Source: Mytilus californianus
Lineage: Eukaryota
DNA length: 64,000 nt
Assembly: GCF_021869535.1 (NCBI RefSeq)
Contig: NW_026262745.1
Span: 53,506,001-53,570,000, forward strand
Direction of reading: 5' to 3'
Below, piece by piece: positions 47,701 through 59,600 of this stretch (positions are counted from its first letter, which is position 1; each line of letters opens with the position of its first letter). The position numbers and the translations under genes were made by a program. A model generated the notes under the pieces. The model had not been told where the DNA came from, searched no databases, and saw nothing but the letters and a program-made list of their open reading frames with translations.

Positions 47701-50700
47701 ATATGTAAGACCTCCTCTAAAATTCTTGTGACCAGATTTAGTGATATTAAACATATTAAAGGTTAAGCTCCATTTTATTTTGTAACTTTATACGTTATGT
47801 AGGTTTTGACTTGATGCATGCATTATAATAACTGGGAAAACTATAAGTCTGGCATATATTAATCAAGGTACATGTCAGTGGGAAGAAGAGCACAGTTTGT
47901 CCCAAATGTATGCCAAGTGTCTGTTAAAAACTGCGTCCACCAAAAGTAACAAGTTCGTTGTCAAGAAAAAAACAAACATGTCAGTTTCACAGTTATGACC
48001 TCTTGTTTGAATCAGTTTTTTACAATGTATACTTTGTCCGTTCCAGAAACAAAATATGAATTTACCGTGTTAATATTATCGAAAGAAAGTTTGAATGACT
48101 TATATTTTTTAAAGTTAATAATGAGGAATGAGTGTATAAAAGGGTAAAGATGTAAACGTTTAGAACCGTCTTCACTTTCTACTCTATATGGCTTGAAATA
48201 CACTTTATATATTTTCTCTGTATCTCTCTTCTTTTAATAGTCAACAATTTGATGGGGATTTTTCCTCACTGCCTCAATGGAAGCTACGCCACTGCTCGAA
48301 TGTGGGAGGTCTTGGGTTCAATCTTCTACCTGTTCAAATAAAAAAATTGCTGCATTTCTGCTTAGCACACTTTATTTAGGAATGAGAGCAATTATTGGTT
48401 GGTCAAGGAGTAAAAAAAAAGACTATAATTAAATGTACTACAGGGGAAGTAAAATACTTTGCCTGGAAATGTCTTTTGTACGTTGGACTCGTATAGCATT
48501 TTAAACTGTCATTCTCGCTGAACAAAACAGCACAAAACAATCCTTAATCGAGCACAACTGATAATATACCACCTATATAGAGAATTTTGTTTATCTATAA
48601 TTTTGTATTAAATGGAAAATACTTTTATTTAGGAATTAAATACAAGTGAAAGTTTAATCTCATTTTCAACTTTTATCAAGGGACAAATTCTGAAAAACAC
48701 TGATTTCTATATTTCTGAAATTGCCAGAAAATAACTTTTCTAAAAAATATAAATAAATAGAAAGAGAGATTATAAAAGAAAGAACATCGAATAAAGAAAA
48801 AAAAATGCATGTTAAATATAAAATAATGGAGCGTTCATCTGAGAAGTATATTGAAACAAATTGTTGTCATATTCAAATCCAGGAAAGATAACTCAAATCG
48901 ATCGTATGATAGGGAGGGATACGTGTGTTCATACGTGATCTTATGTCACTGAAAATTAAGGCGGGAATCTAGATAACCACGTGAAAAATAAAAATGCTTG
49001 ATTTCTATCATTTTTCATCATTTAAAAATTATTTGATGCAGACGAAAATTCCAGTGTATGATTTTAAAAGACTTTGAACACTTTGCTTAAACTAAAGCGA
49101 CGTATTAAACAAAATACGAAGGTTGGCAATAACCGTTCCCTTTAGATAAGTATGCTGATTTAATTACGTTTGTCATTTTATTGGAAATCTCTAGTTAGCG
49201 TGCAAGACCATCTTACCGTAAAAGATAAATATATACTAAGGGACTGATTATAAGATTTCAAAGTTGTTTCTTGATGGTTTTTGTATCGACAATATAACTG
49301 TACTGCTATGTTGATTATTCCGACACAAGCTTCGTCTATCAAAACTTTTTTGACCGGATTGAAAGGTTGGTTTTCTTTCGTTTTGTTTTGTTTTTATTTT
49401 TGTTTTTGTTTTTATTTTCCATTTTGTTGTTTTTGTACGTTTTTAAACATTCATTTTAAAATAAATACTTTATCAGTTGATACACTATCCAACGATGGCT
49501 GTGTTGAAATAGAAATTAACATGGGCGGTAATTGGGAATGGGATGACGATCCTTGTAGTGAAAACCATCGATATATTTGCGAATTTCCGACGGTAAGTAT
49601 GACCATTCTTTTTGGAATTATTTGAGAATATTGAATATCTTTTGAATCGCACTAAATTAAGACTACTCGTGAACATTAATAATTAAGTACGGGTATAACC
49701 TATAATCACTCTTAGTGTTATATTGTTTGTATCACACTAGAACAAGATTACTCGTCTTTGTCCAGAATCAGGTACGTTTATAAACACCATTCATTCTTAG
49801 CGTAATATTGTTTGTCTATTTGTAAAAAAAAATATTTTGGAAATAGCAAACTGAAATAGACAATTTTATATTATTGAAATTAAGTTTTTTTGTGATATAG
49901 AGTCTTTGATCAATAGTAAAACATAGATCAAGAAAGTTATTTGAGGAAAATCTTACCATACTATATATCCGCATTAGCAAAACGTACCGAATTAATTTTC
50001 GAATGACACCTATCACATGATATGTACTTAAATGAGTAACACAACGAATGCCAAATTTGGAGCAAGATATGTTTACCCACTCCGGAGCACCCGGGGTTAT
50101 TATTGGTTTGCAATGGGGCTCCTGTAACTTTAGTTTTCTGTGTCGGTTTGGTAAATTGTTTTTTTTTATATTTTTGCAAAGGTGTTGACAGTTTGTCTTC
50201 ACTTTTTTGTTTCAATATTACATTGGTATTTCCCGTCTTCCTTTTAAATAATGATTTGTATTCACAAATTCAAAATAAACTATTTCTTTTCAAAATAAAC
50301 TTAACAAACATTTTCTCTTGAGTCAGACAAATTCTAATGAGTAAAAGTGAAATTCAGCTATTCCAAACATAGTTTAGTATCTAGAAGGCCGAATAAACTG
50401 GCAAAAGTATAGCCAAAAGAAACGACGAAAGACAAACAACGGTCTACAAAACAATACATAGAACGGAGACACATAAAAATACCAGGGATAATATAAGAGG
50501 TTTCTGAAAGGTAAGCAGATCCTGCTAAGCATATGACACCTATCATGTTGAGCATGGTAAGGTATTTTCGAATGATTTTTTCTAGAAACTTGACAAAGTT
50601 TTGTTGTAACATTACCTTTCAGTTTGACTACGTTGACAAAGCGTCGTTGTACTATTCCATTCCAATTTAATTTTGTTGAGGAAGTATTTTTATATCTTTA

Positions 50701-50806
50701 AAGGTAAATTGGATTATTTGAATTACATAAATTAGTGCTATACATTTTCATTTATTTATAATACACTATATCATTTTCTTTTTTTTTTTAGAAAACTTGT
50801 CCATGA
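32717..50806 (+). CDS. C-type lectin gene 2, complete (8 exons): join(32717..32734,34480..34663,37924..38097,42027..42142,43361..43445,44105..44233,49477..49592,50792..50806), 278 aa (272 aa if exon 6 starts at 44123)
   Basis: The 837-nt join is in frame with canonical splice sites. It encodes signal peptide MAEYYQLYMVVLTVVFIFQSTCVG, a Q/I/P-rich segment, a hydrophobic segment, a Thr-rich stalk, and CTLD PCVPTNCPDGY...NCYFY...W...KTC...WTG...GCV...WDDDPC...YICEFPTKTCP*. Confidence 0.9.
32760..33149. mobile_element. Kolobok-like MITE (390 bp, TTAA TSD) in intron 1 of gene 2
   Basis: TTAA|GGATGTACTTAGGTGA...TCACCTAAGTACATCC|TTAA. Confidence 0.9.
33986..34086 (+). repeat. 19-bp minisatellite with periodic CANNTG boxes (paralogue at 57815-57896)
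   Basis: CACGTG 33986, CACCTG 34005, CATCTG 34024, CATTTG 34043, CACTTG 34062, CACGTA 34081. Confidence 0.8.
34480..34663 (+). CDS. Lectin gene 2, exon 2 (signal peptide plus Q/I/P-rich segment)
   Basis: atacag|CTA...ACAG|gtaac; LYMVVLTVVFIFQSTCVGRILPQQIPGQVIQRQIIPVPIILEQDQVELQQDIFLIDSSGTT. Confidence 0.85.
35401..35640 (+). mobile_element. Family B (Penelope-like 3' tail) copy
   Basis: aacacgacggatgccacatgtgaagcaggatctgcttacccttccggagc...ttggtatctttcgcctct. Confidence 0.78.
36209..36482. mobile_element. Older copy of the MITE family at 54279-54551
   Basis: Collinear with 54279-54551 (atcaaaataagtgtttgtcaaactgcta); left TTAA retained. Confidence 0.65.
36983..37075 (+). repeat. 3 x 31-bp tandem repeat
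   Basis: ttgatttc(c/a)aagat(c/t)tca...taaa units start at 36983, 37014 and 37045. Confidence 0.85.
37924..38097 (+). CDS. Lectin gene 2, exon 3 (hydrophobic segment plus Thr-rich stalk)
   Basis: ctccag|TG...ACAA|gtaagt; VDGTGIGTRSALQLLPLPLLTLVVPMMAMAMMMTSTVTSGTTAAPTTVPATTQIPAQT. Confidence 0.87.
38250..38880. repeat. Inverted pair of family A repeats (38250-38388 minus, 38727-38880 plus); further copies at about 31220, 41690-41840 and 61785-61990
   Basis: taacaaaaataccgaactcc...cctgacttggtacaggcatt...gtagaaaatggtgg occurs on opposite strands. Confidence 0.85.
39530..39573 (+). ncRNA. Inactivated hammerhead remnant in intron 3 of gene 2 (paralogous remnant at about 60555-60600)
   Basis: GCGUCA-CUAAUUA(for CUGAUGA)-GUCU(UAUGU)AGAC-GAAA-CGUUUG-UC-UGGC. 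Confidence 0.7.
40000..40465. repeat. Degenerate array of about 10 AAGTTAACTT-like palindromes
   Basis: AGTTAAC variants near 40006, 40040, 40131, 40165, 40277, 40306, 40322, 40354, 40422 and 40453. Confidence 0.6.
42027..42142 (+). CDS. Lectin gene 2, exon 4 (CTLD N-terminus)
   Basis: aagtag|CA...CAG|gtgagt; PCVPTNCPDGYALLNNQAVSPNCYFYSGTATAMWSTAQ. Confidence 0.9.
43361..43445 (+). CDS. Lectin gene 2, exon 5
   Basis: ttttag|AAG...TTTG|gtaag; KTCAMNGAYLWRPNSEAEANALNDEFKF. Confidence 0.9.
44105..44233 (+). CDS. Lectin gene 2, exon 6 (alternative in-frame acceptor gives a 44123 start)
   Basis: aatcag|AATTTAATTCTGCTCAAG|GGAGAG...ATAC|gtaag; (EFNSAQ)GRDEDIWTGANSPSHDDNFEFVGDNSAFSFTNLPFGI. Confidence 0.85.
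44840..45870 (+). mobile_element. Decayed Penelope-like retroelement: RT C-terminal/thumb remnant, hammerhead remnant and family B tail
   Basis: Across stops and frameshifts: ITLNN...HLIY...EVKNT...LFLNID...DLKFPIVDFQFCSCNIP..SYAVYVYQLVR...RLTSTLHTFHGLHHELVDRYDMSVFQ. A mutated hammerhead follows at about 45518-45560 and the family B tail at 45625-45870. Confidence 0.78.
46708..46902 (-). mobile_element. Degenerate HINE remnant
   Basis: ttttatg...gatagcaagggg...tgcgtcagaccgttcgccgtcccgtcc (decayed CGTC microsatellite) ... gggcac...cacatactcttgtt. Confidence 0.5.
48290..48410 (+). mobile_element. Degenerate tRNA-derived SINE remnant (second family)
   Basis: B-box-like GGGTTCAATC followed by ttgctgcatttctgcttagcac...aggaatgagagc...ttggttggtc. 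Confidence 0.45.
49477..49592 (+). CDS. Lectin gene 2, exon 7
   Basis: tatcag|TT...CCGACG|gtaagt; DTLSNDGCVEIEINMGGNWEWDDDPCSENHRYICEFPT. Confidence 0.9.
50030..50557. repeat. Two diverged family B copies in inverted orientation (50030-50245 plus, 50380-50557 minus) in intron 7 of gene 2
   Basis: tttacccactccggagcac on the plus copy; gaaaggtaagcagatcctgc on the minus copy. Confidence 0.6.
50792..50806 (+). CDS. Lectin gene 2, terminal coding micro-segment KTCP*
   Basis: tttttag|AAAACTTGTCCATGA. Confidence 0.87.
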   Translation, partial: KTCP

Positions 50807-52984
50807 AAGCGTATGTGGCCATCCTAATACTTCGATAGCCGAATATGTCTAATGCCTTGTGCACTGATATAATATATTAAAATCACATTTATTATTGTTT
50901 TCTTTGTTTCGGACTTGAAACATCCATTGCGGTTTTTCCTTGACGCTCTAATATTTTTGTAAGATGTGGAATGAAATGTGATTTTCATTATTTAAGAAAT
51001 ATTAATTATACGATAAAGAGGAGAATTCCTTAAACGAAAAACAACCAAAATCATGTGAAACAACATGATGAAACAGAAACAACACACAATCACTTAATTC
51101 AGACAAACACGTGTCTACTATGTACCTGAGACATCACTTAACTACTATATTAAAACACACAAAAAATACATAAAAATATACCCAAGCTTCGAACAAAGTG
51201 AGACAAGGCGCTTTGATGGGGAATATATATGCATCACAAACCTGGCAAGTGGTAAGTTTATGAGCAGGAATTGAGAATATCGGTAATACACATAAACGAA
51301 CAAAACAAATATGCATAATTATCTCAAATAGTTAATATATCAGAGACAGATAAGACAATAACACACACAATTCTTTGCGTGATGATTTCTTTTTGGCTTT
51401 ATTTAGCACTGTTTAGAGCATAAAGTATAACCCTATGCGTAAAAACCCAAACACATAAGAGAAAACAAAGTAACAAAAGAGGTTTCAAAATCCTCTAGTA
51501 GATAAAAAAAAACCAAGAATGTCAAAAGACCAGCAATAGTCGAGGCAACCCATCAATAATTGAATTGTTGATGCTTCAGCTTGTTATCTTAGTCTACATA
51601 TAGCATAGTTAGTTTCTTAAAGCACTTGCTATATTTTGTTCTTTTCGTTGGATAGCACATTCCTTTGATATAAACTACAAAGTCACATGCTTCCTTGTTC
51701 AATCTCATCTTGTTTCATCAATATAGAAATCTTACGCATTTCATTACATATGTGTTTATATCTATTAGTAGGTTATATGCCCCACGGTGTGAGCACGGTA
51801 GCATTATACGTTCTTGTTTGTGCATCAACATATTAATCAATCTGTCCGTTTGTCAGTCTCGAATTAAGCTAAAGTTTCGGATTAGGGTAGTTCTTCGTGA
51901 GGTTGAAGTGGCATCAAATTATAACTTAGTACGCATGCTCATTGTTACTCTATAAACGTAAGCCAAATTTCCATATTATACAATATTTTGAGGTTCACAA
52001 ACTCAAGAACTGTGCCAATTCTGAAGAGTCATTTTGTTCAATGGACACACTTTTCTTTTTTAGAATGTTTGTTAAGTTCTACTTTCCTACAATTACACGT
52101 ACATGTATGTTATACATATATCAGAGTACTGTAACGTTATCATTGTGATCGGGTGAATATCGATTTATATTGAAGTTAAACACAATAAAAAAAACTAGTA
52201 CATTAATGTAACCATCATAGTTTAAAAACCAGTGTTAAAATGTGCGCAATATTACAGGAGGTTAGCTAAGTAGCCATAGCTGTTGGTTGAACTCTAACAA
52301 TAAAGCAAACAAAATCAAATCAAATACAATATTCCTAACAGGTCGAAAAAAAAGTCTCATGATAAAATGAAGCAGGAGTCGACAGTATAAAAGAGATTGT
52401 AGAAAGTCTACACAGAAAAGTGAAACAAAAATACCGAACTCACAGGCAATAATAAAGTCATTAAACCGCCCAACGAAATAACCATATTAAATAAATACAA
52501 TGAATATTCTCAAACTTCTTAGACCTTGTCAGAAATTGCCATGAATGTTTATCATAGATAAAAATATTTGTGTTTTCAATTTGAGATCCAGGTTTTGTTC
52601 CTAGAATGAAAGAGAAATATGTGCAAGATATAGAAAATGGAAACAACTTTTTATGAATTTTATGCGTCCGAAGAGCTTTACTGATTAAAGCCGTATATTG
52701 AAAAGTCTAGGATGTGAAAGAACCGAAACAGGCAAAAAAAAACATGTATGTGACCAAGAAGTACCTACAAACAATTGCCTATAATCTATAAATTTATAAA
52801 CCGAAAATTTAAGATGGATTTGTTATACAACATGTACAAAAATACAATGTCCTTTGTTTATGATTGTTCAGAAACTATACATTTCAATGCTGGTCAACGT
52901 TTTTGATGACAACTGCAGAACGCTTTGAAAAAAAAGGTAAAAAGGCAAAAAAAAAAAAGGCGAAGTTAGAATAAACTAATCATA

Positions 52985-53235
52985 TATACCAGTCTTACAA
53001 GTTTATACGCCAGACACGCGTTTGTCTACAAAAGACTTATTACTGACGATCGAATAAAAAGAGTAAGAAAGGCAAAATAAAGTACGAAGTTAAAGAGCAT
53101 TGAGGACTCAAAATTTCGAAAGGTGTTGCCAAATACAGCTGAGTTGATCTATTCTTGAGGAAGAAAAACTCTTTTGTATTTTTGTAAACTTAAAATTTAT
53201 TTGTATGACTATGTCACCGATAAATCATGTCAACA
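52985..53235 (-). mobile_element. Hammerhead-bearing repeat (family D), core decayed
   Basis: Minus strand: CGUCA-GUAAUAA-GUCU(UUUGU)AGAC-AAA-CGCGUG-UC-UGGCGU. Confidence 0.7.
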
Positions 53236-54278
53236 CAAAAGTGCAATTTATTGGTCTGAATGTAAAATTGAATTCTTTTTTCTTTAAATTTCTCTTTCTT
53301 TTATTGAATTTTCTAGTGTAATCTTTCTGTCGTGGCTTTATAAAAGAAAAACATTTTTTTTTTGTATTCATATGAATGAGAATTTATGCAAAACTTTCTC
53401 AAAGACAAAAAACCCATCGTCATACAAAATGGCTTCAGTGAACGCTTTTACACCAACATAAATTTACAAAAAGAAGTATTCAATTCCTTATTGTGTTTTT
53501 AAACAGGAAATATCGAATGTAATAGACATAATCGAAACAGAGGATATCACATGTATTATAAACTTAATTACAGTAGGGAATTTTACATGATATGAAACGT
53601 CATAAGAAGGTTAGATGTTATGGCTTTTGTCTTTTGTAGTTTCTGTATTAATCATGATTCCATTTGTATCAGTTTGTGTAATAACTTATTCTAGAAACAT
53701 ATGATGTTTTTCAGGCGTAAACATAACCTCTGATCTTTCCTCTTCCTATTTCCGAGAAATGACAACATCCTTAATCTGATCACGAGTAATATATACCTTG
53801 AACCCAGAGGATAAATAACCGTTCAGGCTAATTCAATCTATTTATAAATTTTAAAACGTCTGCGAATATGGACCTTAACTTCTGGCAAATTACAAGCTAC
53901 GGCCTGACATAATGTTCGACAAATATATATTTTGATATGAATTTGTTAGTTTTTGATACCAGTTCTTTTATTTAATTGTTTTGATGTTTTTAAATTTAAT
54001 AAACATCTAATTTTTTTTATTATGATAACGTTTTGAGTTTTTGTTTCAGTTATGACAATGTTTTTGGTAACTTTGATGAGTTTATACTTGTGCTTTTGAC
54101 AATTACATTTGATAAACGAATATAACATTTCTTTGGTTTATCTCTCCTCTCTTTAACGAAGATTCGAGTTATAAATATCAAAAATGATAAAATAACATAA
54201 CCTACGCTTTTTTGGTATTTATGCATAATTTTGACTAGTAATAACATACCAATACTTTAAAAATTTGCGTTATGTTAA

Positions 54279-54551
54279 AGTGGTACATAACACTACAGGG
54301 AGATAACTCTTTAAAAATTAGCTGAACGTTTTAATCACGTTCTATTGCTAAGGAAATATAAGGCTTCTCAATGATCAAAATAAGTGTTTGTCAAACTGCT
54401 ATATACCCAATGAAATTTTCCGATAAAGTGTGTGGTTCAAGTTTTTTGAATTTTTTATATTTTTGTCAAAGGGTCAAGGATAATATTTTGTTACAATTTT
54501 ATGAAAATTAAACGAGCCAAATTAATTTTTGTCAAGGTGTTTGGTACTACC
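54279..54551. mobile_element. Kolobok-like MITE (273 bp, TTAA TSD)
   Basis: TTAA|AGTGGTAC...GTACTACC|TTAA. Confidence 0.8.
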
Positions 54552-56107
54552 TTAAACAGTTGATAAGGCCTTTCAAGTATGTCTAAGTCCCTTTGGAATA
54601 GCAGGAATAGTCTCAACCAGCTGAAATTACTCTCTGTCCATACATAATAAAAACTGCCGTAAAAACTGGCATACAAGCTTGTGAGGCATGGGCTCTCATC
54701 TTCATTAGCCAATGGTGACTATCCGGTCCCCTCCGCTCTAAATGGAGAGGAAGTAATTGGATATTAATTGACTACTGTAGATGTAGGGTCCTTTTTTCCT
54801 GAATTTTCTAAAATGTCTTTATGAGATTATATCAATTAATGTTACTTTCTAAATGTATTTATTCGAACCCGAGATTTCCCTTTTTATTCTTTACTGTTTG
54901 TGAAAAGTTTCAAAAGTAAATATATAAGATTTTAATTAATAACATTTTTTTGGGAAAGACACGGGACTGAAAAAGCCTCACACATATCGTATATAATTTG
55001 CATTTGTACAATAAACCTTCTACCTTTAAAAATTAAGACTTATTACACTACGTTCAGTGGGATATCCCTTCGTGCGAAAAATAGATAACAGACCATAATA
55101 ATAAATGAATAACTCTTATCATTTCCCCTCCTTTGCCTCTCTGACCATTTGAATATACTTATAGTTTTAAGGATCTGTAAACTTGCTATAAACAGGGAAA
55201 CGAATGGAAACAATTATCATATTCAATAATTGGTACAGGAATTTCCCGAAGAATATCGTGTTTTAGACCTTGTTTTATAGATTACTAATCCTCCCACTTG
55301 TATGCTTGTTGTTTGCTATGATGGGGTTATTTGTACTTCCATTATAATGACAGAACTTAGCATCACGCCCAAACAGAATAACTAGGTTATTGGAACAATA
55401 ATTGTCAGCCAAAACTGTGTAAATATACATCACAGGAATACAACACATTTAATCAAACATACAAATAAATTTAACAAGTACGTCAACAAAATTTTTTTCT
55501 GTGATTGATAGTAAATTTGACACATATGTCAACCAAAAAAGCTTGAAATTGATAGTACATACGATATATAATATACACTTTCTTCATAAAGAACAATTAA
55601 GTAAATTATAAATACAAGGCTAAACAAAATGAAAATATCTCTGTAAAAACCTCTTGCGTTCGAATCGCACCTCTGGAACCTCCTGCTTTTATCAGTATAC
55701 ATAAATGTATCGTTTTACCTTAACTAATGTAAATTCCACAAACAAAATCGTTAGAAGTAAAGTAGTAAATTGAGGGAACATTATTTGTCTACGCATGGAA
55801 TGACAACACGCATTGTTGCATGACGTCAGAGGAGTGAAACTAGAAGATGTATTTCACAAGTGAAATTATCGGATTTTATTTCAGTGGGACATCATGGTAT
55901 TTCATTCAAATCAATGTAATAAATGATTTTATATCTACTTATATTTCGATATCAAAATTGTAAAGTTACATGTTTTATTAGACATCGTTTAAATAAATAA
56001 CTTTTGTGAAAAGCGGATTATTAAATTGACTATATTTTTTTTAATTAACCAAAGTCTTTCTTAATTTACTGTTGTTTTTGTTTTGTGGTGGTAGTGGTGG
56101 GGGTTGG

Positions 56108-56108
<1 letters not shown>

Positions 56109-56143
<35 letters not shown>
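56109..56143 (+). repeat. Poly-G tract (35 G) about 530 bp upstream of the gene 3 ATG
   Basis: Directly visible. Confidence 0.9.
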
Positions 56144-56144
<1 letters not shown>

Positions 56145-56672
56145 GAGAATTATCATATGCATTGATACTGATATTACCAAGGCGATGTGATATGATTGAA
56201 TTTATATACTTTATGCGGTTTATTTTGTTTTTACTCTTGTTTTGATTTGAAATTATATAATGTATAGTGATAGAAAGTTACAAAATATATTTGTAATGGT
56301 GAATTTGACATTTTATATTATCTGTTCTCAGGAGTGAACATGTTACACGTGTACCCTTAGTATGCTCTCCTAGAACCTAAGGCAATTAAAGCAGGATGGT
56401 AGCAACAACAAAAAAAGGCTTATAAAAAGTTAACGATATAAACGCATCATGTATAAAAGTCCTAGCCTAGATACGAACTTTGATATTGACAAGCAAGTAT
56501 ACAGTCATCATTTAAAACATGATGTCTTGTTTATATGTCTAGTTCTAGTAGTTAAATGATTGGTTCATGAGGAAATCTGGCGCATGGCCACCCGTTCGTT
56601 CAACCCCTTAAATACTTCATAAGCGCTTCGAAGTTGTCAATACCTTCTATTGAAGGACCACATGATAGCAAG

Positions 56673-56690
56673 ATGGTTAAATTTTACCAG
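56673..56690 (+). CDS. Lectin gene 3, exon 1 coding part (MVKFYQ)
   Basis: gatagcaagATGGTTAAATTTTACCAG|gtgtgt. Confidence 0.8.
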
Positions 56691-59600
56691 GTGTGTATTT
56701 CATAATATCACTTTATGTGTTAACGAACTTATATATGTAAGGGCTGTCGATTCCATGAATTTTTCAAAGTTTGATATATATGTTAATTGCATCTATGTCA
56801 TTGAAATTGTAAAGTTATCGGCTGCAAACATAATTTTATGACACACGTTATAATTAAAAAGCAGTAATTGTGAACATTCGATGGTATTATTCATTATTAT
56901 GTTAATTTCTTCTGATTCACTCGAGACATAATGTGAAAAAACAGCTGCGTTCCAATTGCTTATACAGAATGATCGATCGGATTATTTTCGTATACCAATG
57001 TGCCAAATGATTTTACATGTACAAAATGTGGGACGTTTGAATAGGCTATGTTCATTGTTTGAACGTTTCTAACAAACTTTTCAAATACTCTTATTCAGTT
57101 TGAAATATGTCTACTGATTTTGCTTTGTTTATTGGAATTGTTGTTTATACATCAAATTGACTCAGAGTGTTCTTTGCTGGAATGAGTTAAGAACATGACA
57201 TAAACAGCCCATTCAGTATACATTTATCGCCAATTATGCCTTATGCAGACAAAGCTCTATTCAAGAAAATAAGAATCCGTGTTAAGAAGATCATAAAAAC
57301 GATCAATTGAATCAAGCGGAACAAAAATTCAATTTTTAAAGTTTAATTCCATTACTATATTTAAATGAATAGCCCAACAATGTTAGATCATCAAATTTGC
57401 GTTAGCAAATTTTTATTCTTCCCTGAGCGGTATTCGAACCCTTGCGTCTGTGACATCGTGGCAACACCGCCTGCACCGTGTCCAGCGCCCTAGACCACTC
57501 GAAATATAATATATATATAACTCGTCTAAACATCAGCCCAACAATGTTAGATCTGTAAATTTGCTTTCGCAAATTTTTTGTTCTTCCCTCGCCGGGATTC
57601 GAACTCTTGCTACAGAGATATCGTGACACCAAATCGCCTGCACTATTTATATTTCTTCTCTAATTTAGACCAATAATTTAAGATCTACAAATTGCGTAAA
57701 CAAACTTTTCAAACAAAAACAACATTAATGAGATTATTTATAACAATAATAGTGTTACCAATGTGCAGCTAGAGGCATTTTACCACTGGTTATGTCAACT
57801 GAGAACATTTGTAGCGCGTGGACGTAAGCGTGCAACCTTTACCAATGTGTGCCACTTGAACAAATATTTGTCACTTGAACGCATGTGTGCCACTTAAAGA
57901 CATAGTTCGATGTTTATTGTTGTGTATTCTTTTGGTTTTTTTTTGTTTTTTTTTTAGTTTGATTCTGTGCGACGTGAACAAACAGATTTTTTTTACATAA
58001 TTGTGTATAAATTTGTTTAATTCTTTGTTCTAATAATTTAAAACTTTCAATGTAGCCAATGTTATGTAACACGCATCCGCAGCAAAAATGGGCATCATAT
58101 TCTTTATAATTATGTGCACATTATAATTATTGACGCTTGAATAGTGTTGAGGTAAGGATGTTGTCACCACAGAGTTCCTCTTGTATAATTGAATACAACA
58201 TAGCTCTATCCTCGACAGTTAATAGTCCGAAAAATTGACTTGAGAAGGATTTGGATATTGTTTTACGTCCTTTTCTAAAGCTCTTCAACTGTTTCGATTC
58301 GTATTCATCCGTGGATTTTAAATACTTGGCTTTGAGTGTTCCTGATGAAGTTAAATCCAGAGAAGCGCGTCTGACGCATGCAATTTATAAGGTGTTCTCT
58401 TTTTGTTTTTTTAGATATTTATCCAACGTAATGTTTTTATTTAACAGCTATCCATGGTAGTTCTGACTGTGGTATTCATTTCTCAAAGTACATGCGTAGC
58501 ACAAATCTTTCCTGGACAGATACCTGGACAGATAATACCTAGACAGTTAGTAACGAGACAAGATCAAGTAGAACAACAACAGGACTTTTTCCTTATTGAT
58601 GAAGGCGGTACTACAGGTAACTTTATTTTCAAATGCTACAACTTAAATACATTGCATTTAAGATATCAATGTCAATAAAATATATTATGATTATAACAGT
58701 TCATAATTTATGTCTTCTAGATTACAAACGTTAGTAATATGTTATGCCAAAAGGATTCGTGTTTAATAAAAATGACTTGAATTATTTATGTTCTTTTTTC
58801 AGGATTTTTTTTTAATTATTGAATTTATTTGCTTAACATAAATGTAGCAATGTTAAAGGATTTATGTAAGCTTCTTAATACACACATTACGTATCAACAT
58901 TAGATGTGATATCAATTATAGAATGCGTTATATAAAGCCAAAAAAAATGTTTGTGCATTACGAAATTAAGCCCAACGAAATCGTGCGTGCATCACAAATT
59001 ATCAAAACACTCGCAACATAACTTTATTCATAACTCTATTAACCCGGTAACGAGCAGATTTTTTAAAAAAGATTGTAAAAATACTTTCCTAATAAGAACA
59101 CATTGTGTCAAGAACAGTTTTGAAAGATACGTATTGTCTTTTCAGTAAGAAGATGTGATGTGTACCGATACAACAGGATTTTTTTCACCATCAATTGAAT
59201 ATTAAAATGATCATAAATACTTCTTTCTGTTACATAAGTTCATTCTTTGATTCATATTTTCTGAAATCACTCTAGTTGATGGAACTGGAATTAGCACAGG
59301 ATCAGCTTTGCAAACAGCTTTGCAATTGTTTCCTATTGCTCTTTTAACATTGGCTGTACCCATGATGGAAATGGCGAGGACGATAACCAGTGTTGCGCCA
59401 ACAACTGCTACGGTTACTGTTCCAACAACACAAACAGCTACACAAACAAGTAAGTATCGTTCGAAAATTAACATTTATCTTCAATTGTATTGAGGAAATG
59501 ACAAAATAATAAGTTTCGTCTGTTTCGATGTCAAAACTACCAAGAAGGTATACAGCCTGTTATTGATGAAAATACTGTCAAACTCGTCACTGAAGTCTTC

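Noticed and set aside
54770-54795. Shared word GATGTAGGGTC (DPTSTV on the minus strand) with about 5826-5842, suggestive of a Penelope RT N-terminus
   Set aside because: Too short, and the flanks do not extend the similarity
55822-55829. CRE palindrome TGACGTCA (also about 24701 and 41375)
   Set aside because: Not conserved at paralogous positions; isolated 8-mers cannot be supported as functional
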